A DNA stretch of 64,000 bases, taken from positions 359,687-423,686 of the forward strand of contig NIVC01000869.1 in assembly GCA_002269645.1 (NCBI GenBank), written 5' to 3'. The notes under the pieces were generated by a model, which saw nothing but the letters and a program-made list of their open reading frames with translations, did not search any database and had not been told where the DNA came from. This DNA is from Macrostomum lignano. Lineage: Eukaryota. The position numbers and the translations under genes are program-made. This document shows positions 56,843-64,000 of the stretch, one piece after another. Position 1 is the stretch's first letter. Every line of letters starts with the position of its first letter.

Positions 56843-58172
56843 CTACTTCCATACAGATCCAGGTACCACGTCGCGGAACTCCGTCAAATGCAGCTGCTTG
56901 TCGAATAGTCCGCCCACGATGACGTTGTAGACTTTGTCCGTGGCAGTCGCGAAGCGTAGTTCCAATCGTACATTGCCCTCTTTATATACCTGTGCGCCAG
57001 CTCCGACACCCACCTCACTACCCAGTCCGAAGGCGTAGATAGTGTAGCCGGCTTTGTACTCTGCCATAGTGAACCCCAAGTCGCGGTTACGCAGATGCAA
57101 CCCCAGCTGTTGCAAAAACCACCCGTACTCCAAAACGCAGTCCCCACTATCGCTGTAGTCGGTTTCGAGGGTCTTGTCGGCACCGGCTCCCCATTGACAA
57201 ACACCCCCAAACTGCTCAGGTTGGCATGTTCGAATCTAAACGGGTTTGTGTCCACACTTCCATTGAACGCTTTGTTGCTCACAAAGGCCAGAAGTAGAAG
57301 TTTCGGAACGCCGCTTGGGAAGAGATTTTCACGCGTGTAGCTAGACGTACCACTCGTAACAGTAAACGTGCTCATCTGTAGCTGATTTATTGGATAGATG
57401 GCATTGTGCTGTTTCAACCCCGCAGCGTGCGCAGCGAGTACACTCGGCGAGGGGGATACGTAGCGTACACGGAGCTCGGCCTTTAGCACCTCTATCTCGT
57501 AGCTCTTTAGCGGGTTTTCACCTATCGCACCGACCATGAGGGCGAAGGCAGCGGAAGACGGAATCAATTTTATTCGTACAGGAGTTTTAGACAACAGAAA
57601 CCGCGGCTGGCGGCACATGTCCAAGAACAAGGGCCCCGATAAGCGGCACTCTCGACCCCCTGCTATCAATGCGCGTCGGCGTTTAGCGCCAACGTTCGCG
57701 TCGCCGGCTGAATGCATTTGTCCAGCTGTGTCTTTGTAGAAACCCCAGGGCGTTAGACCACAGGTTTGAGCATCCGATCCATATTCTAAAAGCGTCAGTA
57801 GCATGGCTTTGTAGGGGTACATGAAGGTTCCGCCTTCGACTACAGTGTCTCCAATAGTAGTTGTACATCGCGGAACAGGCTCGCGATAGGCAAATTAGTC
57901 AGCGCTACGTTGTTCTTCGTCGCATCGGCGGCTACTCCGTCCGAGTCTCGTACACGTATGGCCAGATTTAGAATCGTCTCTTGTAGATCCAGGTAGAGTG
58001 CATCCCCTGCGGAGACGACTTCGAACTCGATTGGGGCACCTTTTGAGAGTCCGTGTTGCGGCTGAATGTGGGTATACTGGCTGTCCACTACACTGTACTG
58101 TACAGCGGCTGCATCAAAAAGGGCCAATTCGCTTTTTAGTACTACACTGTCAGGGCCAAGCAACTGGTTCAT
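56843..58172 (-). pseudogene. Major capsid protein (Maverick-2), frameshifts near 57830 and 57135
   Basis: KSELALF..QYSV..PIEFEV..LYLDL.ET; YPYKAML.TLLEY; FYKDTAG; P.LLLLAFV.N.AF.GS...NPF.F; RLELRF. Confidence 0.85.
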
Positions 58173-58326
58173 TTTCGGTTTTCAAGGAGACTAAACAGCG
58201 ATTTAGCAGCAACGGCCTTGCGATTCCGCTTTTTCTTCACCCTTCGTCGCTTCTTCTCGGTTAGACCCTTTCCTCGCTGGGTTTTTGCCGGTTTTCCACG
58301 AGTGCGAGCTTTCTTACCCCGTTTGC

Positions 58327-58628
58327 TTATAGTTTTCCGGGACGTTTTCTTCGGCTGCGTTTTGTGGGAACAGCTGCGCTCGACATCTTGTAACCGCCTC
58401 CCGTGTGCTTTCGTTTGCGATTAACGTTTGTTGTCTCGTTGCTAGTGCCTGATAGGTATTCCAAGCCCCGTGCCAAAAGATCCTTTCCCGCACTCCGCAT
58501 AACCGGGATCAACACTCGATTAGAGAGGTTGGAAAGGAATCCATAGCCTTCGTAGATCGGAATCGCTCGGGCGGAGGATCCTCCCCCGCTTTGAGTGGGT
58601 CCGAATAGAATCGGTATATTGGATCCAT
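58327..58628 (-). CDS. Basic core-like protein (pVII-like), frameshift near the 5' end
   Basis: MDPIYRFY|TQSGGG..IYEGYGFLSNLSNRVLIPVMRSAGKDLLARGL plus an R/K-rich tail. Confidence 0.6.
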
Positions 58629-58665
58629 CAAATTTTTAATTGTTATTATGTTCCCATTTCACAGT

Positions 58666-60119
58666 TTACTTATAAACGCGCCGAAAAAGCCGTCGAGTTC
58701 GCTCATCCAACTCGCCTTCTTTCAACCACTGATTCCTAAAGGCCTCAACTCCTTGCCATTTCACTAAATACCGCCACTGACCGTCTGAGTCTTTTTCGTA
58801 AGCGTCTACACGCTCGATGACTGACGGCTCCGTACTTTCTTTTGCTACACGCTGTAGTTCTCCCTCATTGAAGTAACCCTCTAGTGTGCTATTTCCGTCT
58901 TCCGGATTCTCTAGTTTATACGACGCTGCTCGGCGAGGATTCGTAGCACGGATCCGAAACACGGTGTTGCTCCACACTGTCGAATAGCCCTTCTCGAAGG
59001 CACCCCGCTGTCGTGCGATTCTTACCCAGTCCCTACCTTTAGTGTTGATAGAGGCTGCTGCGAGGCTTCATGCTCTATAATCTCAGACCCGATGATTCCT
59101 TGTAGACGCGGATCCACCGCCGTGTTGTGAGGACTCTGACCAAACAGCGCCCGGTGAGGGCTTGAGTTCAAATTTCGTTCCATTTGGGGTAGAATGTCAT
59201 ACCAGCGTTCTAGGTTTCGAGCCCGAAAATAACGGCTGAGCCGCTCTTTCAGAGTACGGATTAACCTTTCAGCGATCGCAGCCTTGTAATTGCTTTGGCT
59301 AACAAAAAAGCGTACACCCGCCCGTTTTAGTACAGCTTGAGTTTCACGCCCTAGGAACTCCTTTCCCGCGTCACCCTGAAGATAGAGAGGTCGGAAGCCT
59401 TCACGAAACAGATTTTCAAGTGCGGCGCCCACCTCTTTAGCAGTTTTTGTTCGTAGAGGTCGCAGACGTACTTCGCGAGTGAAACAATCGATCAAAACGA
59501 GGATGTAGCGGTATCCCTTGTTTTCTGACTTGTATTGAGGGAGATCAGCCAGGTCGATTTGGAATTGAAAACCAGGGATATGTGGTACACCAATTCTGCG
59601 GGTTTTGAATATTCGTTTAGTTTTGCGAAACAGGTTATATTCTTTGGTATCCCGGGCCCATTCGTCAACGATTTCTGCCGCTCGTTTTGATGCTAGTGAC
59701 GGAAACTGGGTTTTAACATGTCTTAATAGCTGTTGCTTACTTCCCGCAAAAGCAGTAGGGCGGTCCAAATCGTAAAATTGTCTGTCTAAGAAGTTCTTGA
59801 CGTCTAGCGAGTTGTTCTTTCTAGTCCGTTCTTTTGCGTTTTCGGACAGCTGCCGGCTCTGGTGTTTCGCTTTCGCATCTGAGGTCTCTTTTTCGCTGCC
59901 ATCGGTTTTTGTATCGGTGATTCCTCCCGCACCGCTGCTCTGTGGCAAGTTATCAGTTGATGCAGAGCGCGTCACCGTCATGCAGCACCTAATGTTCTGT
60001 ATGGTGATATCGCCCGCGTCGGGAGTGTCCTCGTTATGGTGGAGTGCCCCGCCTAAGCAGCCTTGCAAAAGTCTCACAACCAAATGAAAAACAAAGCGTA
60101 AAATTTCGCGTAGTTCCAT
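58666..60119 (-). pseudogene. Retroviral-like integrase with C-terminal chromodomain-like region (Maverick-2), frameshift near 59025
   Basis: FQIDLADL; YRYILVLIDCF; LQGDAGKEF; KAAIAERLIRTLK; then W...FRI, GYFNE.ELQ and YLVKWQG....NQW. Confidence 0.9.
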
Positions 60120-60189
60120 TATCAGAGTGTGTTGATACTCAATCCGCGATGCGTCCGACCAGTTAGCTTATAGCTGCTACAATATTTAA

Positions 60190-60986
60190 CTACAAACTTA
60201 GCTTGTCAATGTCTCGTAATTTTCTAGGAAATCCATTTCTTCGTCCCGTGTTTCTTTGTCCTCGGTAAAGGCGGGTGGTAGCTCTTTCTCTGCTGCAGCT
60301 GACAATTCCGTTCGAAATTGTTTTCCGACAAGCTGAGGATCCGCTTTTCGTTGACGCAGGTAACTTAAAAAGTTTTCCAACCCGCCTGGCAGGCGCCCCA
60401 TGCCTCTTCAGGGGTTTGTCGCGAACTACGTAGTCCATCAGATCGCGCATCTCCGTTTCGGTTAGTTCGGTGCCGTTTGCCGCCAGATTTGCTTTCTCAT
60501 TTTCGATGAAAGTTTTAAGACGTCGCCAACGTGCCTGAAGTGCTTTTGGAATGCGTGTTGTTTCGCTCTCTTCCTCCGCGCTATTGACTAACGGCTCTTC
60601 ACTCGCTTGAGGGTTATCATCTGGCTTCAAAAACTTCTCGCGTGTTTGTAGGAGCTTGCTTTCCATTCTGTTTCTTGCCAGACGAGCAGGCGAATTCGGG
60701 TAGATTGATCCGTAGCAATAATCTCGTCTAACCCATCGATTTTCTGTTTCATCCGCACGAGTTCTTGTCCCATCGTGTCATTTGGCATCTCCAAAACCTT
60801 TGCTCGTTCGTCAGCGCACTTGTTTTGCGCGACCAGCTGCGAATATTCTGAGATGGGAATAACAACCATCTTTTGCAGTGCCTCGTGTGAGCGAGTTCCC
60901 ATATTTTCAGTTTCGTTTGTTCTGTATGCTGCGCACGAGACTAGCAGTACCCGCAGCTGTACCTGCAATGCCGGAGGTGATTCCAA
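60190..60986 (-). other. Maverick-2 hypothetical ORF(s), fragmented over several frames
   Basis: Overlapping ORFs 60627-60986, 60190-60666, 60198-60401; MVVIP.SEY motif; true boundaries unclear. Confidence 0.4.
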
Positions 60987-61359
60987 GAGCCGTGGTGATG
61001 GATGGTAATGCTGCCGTTACTGCGGCCACAATCGGCGCGAGGAAAGGCAGAAAACCTCCGTGTTGTACAATGATTCTTTTTTTCTCAGTCAGAGAATGAC
61101 CACCCGAAATGAGCTTCTGAATAGGTCGACAATGTTTTTCTAATTTTTTCCGGTCCGCGTGGCGGAGTGGCACTCGCTGCCGCACGATATTGATCAAGAA
61201 CTCGACTATACAACGCACTTCTGCTAGACTGAGAGTCTTAAGGAAATCTCGTCTGGTTTTTCTATCACGCAGTCGAGCAACAATGTGCAGAATTTCCGCG
61301 CAGTTTGTGATCGAAGATGCACTCTTTCTCGCTTTTTGCGTTAATCGTCGTGCGGCCAT
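60907..61359 (-). CDS. Protein X-like virion protein (Maverick-2)
   Basis: Basic N-terminus; E...NI....VPL; KK.I.VQHGGFLPFLAPIVAAV; hydrophobic tail. Confidence 0.7.
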   Translation of the reverse strand: MAARRLTQKARKSASSITNCAEILHIVARLRDRKTRRDFLKTLSLAEVRCIVEFLINIVRQRVPLRHADRKKLEKHCRPIQKLISGGHSLTEKKRIIVQHGGFLPFLAPIVAAVTAALPSITTALGITSGIAGTAAGTASLVRSIQNKRN

Positions 61360-61410
61360 ATCCTAATCTCCTCACTCTATATTTAATGATGTGCTTGTTT
61401 GCTTATAAAT

Positions 61411-62419
61411 TTAGTCGGTTTTTGGGCGGAAATGCAGCACCACTACGCAATGTGCATCCGGCTGGAAAGTGAGAGGATTTCCCTGTTCGTCACCTAACCG
61501 AATGGTGATTTCGTCGATATTTTGCCGATTCGTTGGCAAATAGTAGGGATTTGTGATCATACCGTCTTGGGGCTGAAGTTGGCCCCCTGTTTGAGGGTGC
61601 AACGCCATAATCCGTAGAAGGGGCACAAGGTGACTGCCAACCGCTTGGTATTCAATTATGTCAGTGTAGCAGTGCATGTAGACAGTCTTTCCCCGAACGA
61701 TTTTTTCGCTGGGCGATGTTAGCGCTATGGCTCTAATCATCCAGGCCTTGTTCTTCTGCCAATACTTATCTAGCGCTCGGTCCCCCTCGCTCTTCCCAGG
61801 CGCCTGTCCCATTATCACCTCTGTACTACCAATTAGAGCTAAAGCTTCGCTTGGTCTCAGACGGAAATCGAAATCAGGGTCGGTTATGTATTCAGTTGAG
61901 CTTTTCGCTCTCTCGTAATAGCTTTTATAGCTTCCTTCCTCACCGATGAGTGGACTCCGAGTAAGAGATTCAATGCTATGGAAATCACTATCCTTCCCAC
62001 GCACTATTTTCCACTGATCGAAGCCATAGACACGCATGAAATGTGAAGGTAAACGGATTGCTAATTGACTCACGCCACCGTTTCGGAGATACCACAGGTA
62101 CTGCCGCTCTTCCGGGCGACAAAGCAGATAGGCTTCCAGGTCGCCTCCCTGCCAAATTTTTGTCAAAGCAGCCTGCTTCACTGAAAGATGTGGACTAATA
62201 TCAACCGAATAGGCAATAACCCTGACCTATCGGAGGCACATAACCAATGTTTCCTATAGCACCTCTGCACAAAAGCTCGACTAAAGCGACCTCGTACGCG
62301 TTTGCGGTCCCATAACGTCCGATAAGGTTCAGAGGATTTTTCAATCGCACACGAAACTCGTTTGGAGTGTTGGATGGGTAGCTTTTGTCGTTTGAGGGAA
62401 GAAAAACGTAGAAGCTCAT
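61411..62419 (-). pseudogene. Minor capsid protein (penton-like, Maverick-2), frameshift near 62190
   Basis: MSFYVFLPSN....N....FRV.L..PL.L..YEVALVE; Y.DIIE.Q.VG...VPLLR; NPYY.P; IDEI.I.L.DEQG..L.F; V.LHFR. Confidence 0.85.
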
Positions 62420-62468
62420 GTTTGTTTCCTTGGTGGCGATGGTTCAGTCTTGAAACAACATGGCTTGC

Positions 62469-63172
62469 TTATAATCCAGGCGCCTTTAGTTCTCTGTTGC
62501 CAGGCCCACCATAAGCTATCATCAGCTCTCCCGCAAACACGCCTGTTCGAAGTCGCAAGAAATCTGGCGTATCCTGACGCAAGTCGATAAGTAGATATGA
62601 GTACGGTTTTCCATCGGTTGCGTCTTCGTAGACTTGGACGAGATAGTTACTTTTTTTTGGATACATCTGTTTCCCAAGATTCAAAACTGCGGTTCGATCT
62701 CGTACCGAGCGGGTTAAACAGATGTAGCTTGTAGATAAGCTTCTTGTTCGTGCCTCCGCGTCTGAACGACTGAACAGATTCTGGCATAGGTATATGCAGT
62801 TTAATGGGAAATGGTGGGCGTGTTTGGTGAAGACAGCTGTGAAGTCGGCGGATTTAGCAATCTCACTTTGCAGATCGTCAACAACCAAAAGATCTCCCGA
62901 TCGTAAGCTCCCTAACAATGCGCCCGTAAAACCCCGAATAAAATGTATTCCTTCGGAGTTGCCCAACAAGCCCGAATTTTCCCGCGTTCCTGGTCATGAA
63001 GATCGGTCCCGTGACACCAGACTAGCCGTTGTGGTGGTTTCTTAAACATGGCTACTCTTTCTTTGATTAGACGCAAAACCCATTCTGTCTTCCCAGATAT
63101 CGAAGGCCCCGCCACGATGATGGTTGAATCAGGCGCGAGGCGCAAATCGTAGATAGGCGGCTTTGTCTCCAT
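62469..63172 (-). pseudogene. DNA packaging ATPase (Maverick-2), frameshift near 62965
   Basis: IIVAGPSISGKT (Walker A), LLVVDDL (Walker B), FTK.AHH, QNLF, RT.SL, PYSYLLIDL. Confidence 0.9.
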
Positions 63173-63177
63173 GTAGC

Positions 63178-63614
63178 TCAGGCGCTCGCTTGTTGCTTTA
63201 CTTGCATAACTTTTGCTACAAATTTGGCGGCTAGTTTCTCACCCAAACCACTGCTTGGATCGTGGGCTATTTCTCGCGCGCCCTGTTCCAGCAAGCGGTC
63301 CGCTTCGAGACGGTCTTTCGTTTCAGAGTTCTTCTCGTAGGCCTTATCGTGCAGCATACACAGCCTATCTAACCTATTTTTCCCGGTCTGGCCTTTGGCC
63401 AATCGTTCTTTCAACCTAGTACCCGTCCACAGAATTGGTAGCCCGGAAGATGTAGTTCAAACGGCAAATGGTTAATAACCCAATTTACAATACCACTTCC
63501 TCTCTGTAGTCGCTGATTCCGTTTTGCTCTACGGCTACTAGTAGTAGTAGTTCGAGATTTTTTTTTAGTTTTTCTTGCGCTCTTTTTCAAGTGCCTGCTC
63601 TGGTCTCTTACCAT
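63178..63614 (-). pseudogene. Parvovirus-like PLA2 protein with basic N-terminus (Maverick-2), 1-nt frameshift near 63425
   Basis: ELHLPGYQFCG|GTRL..RL...G.NRLD..C..HD.AY; R.EADR.L. Confidence 0.88.
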
Positions 63615-64000
63615 TTTCTGCTAGTAATATTTTGAAGTCATAGCTCGTAGGGAAATTTGTTTTGCTTATACAATCTGTTGACTATTACGTCGATTGGTGG
63701 TAGCGTATATTTTGAAGTTGTTTAAAACAAGAGAATATTAGAGTTTGAGTTTGCGGTGCTAGCTACGTTTAGATTTGTTAGTGTCATCATTATCAGGTCC
63801 CATTACGCCGCGCAAAAGCTTCAAATTCCGGTACTGCCCAATCCGCCCGTTCCGCGAATGCGCTTCGGCGGCTCGATAGGTCCTTCGTTCTCTTCTTCAT
63901 CGACGAGGACAGGGATGGTCTTGTCATCGTCGTTGACTAGTCCCTCGTCGTGCGCCCTGGTCTTCACTTCTTCTCCTTCCTTTTTGCCAGGCCTGCCTGC

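Larger units (their letters stand above)
55850..64000 (-). mobile_element. Maverick/Polinton element 2 (different lineage), continues beyond the window
   Basis: Protease, MCP, core protein, integrase-chromodomain, protein X, penton, ATPase and PLA2, all on the minus strand. The left boundary is a guess from AGTAGT at 55850; pPolB and the other TIR are not in the window. Confidence 0.88.

Overview
Eukaryotic (animal) genomic DNA: spliceosomal introns, (TTAGGG)n remnants, microsatellites and no prokaryotic features. A flatworm-like invertebrate is my inference, not something the sequence proves. The host backbone is a dispersed cluster of membrane-anchored FkbM-family methyltransferase genes: 8920-10095, a 3-exon gene at 13599-16039, 48274-49425 and a relic at 6141-6290. 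The rest is a dense nest of mobile DNA: an RNase H-bearing non-LTR retrotransposon, a P element with TIRs and TSD, two piggyBac relics, BEL/Pao and Gypsy fragments, a Penelope-like fragment with a hammerhead ribozyme, Harbinger Myb/SANT genes, and three different Maverick/Polinton (adintovirus-like) sequences. These are a decayed pPolB relic (24.2-27.4 kb), a full-length 15,991-bp Maverick-1 (28361-44351, about 540-bp TIRs, GAGATT TSD) and part of Maverick-2 (about 55.9-64 kb). The most striking observation lies inside the Maverick-1 polymerase gene. Its exonuclease region is replaced by a 1.2-kb segment holding four regularly spaced 64-65-nt repeats with unique spacers. These read as intronic box C/D snoRNAs, with guides complementary to conserved 18S and 28S rRNA, separated by about 50-nt spliceable micro-exons. 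This looks like a snoRNA host gene embedded in a virus-like transposon. Many coding regions carry single-base frameshifts, which may be partly consensus errors.
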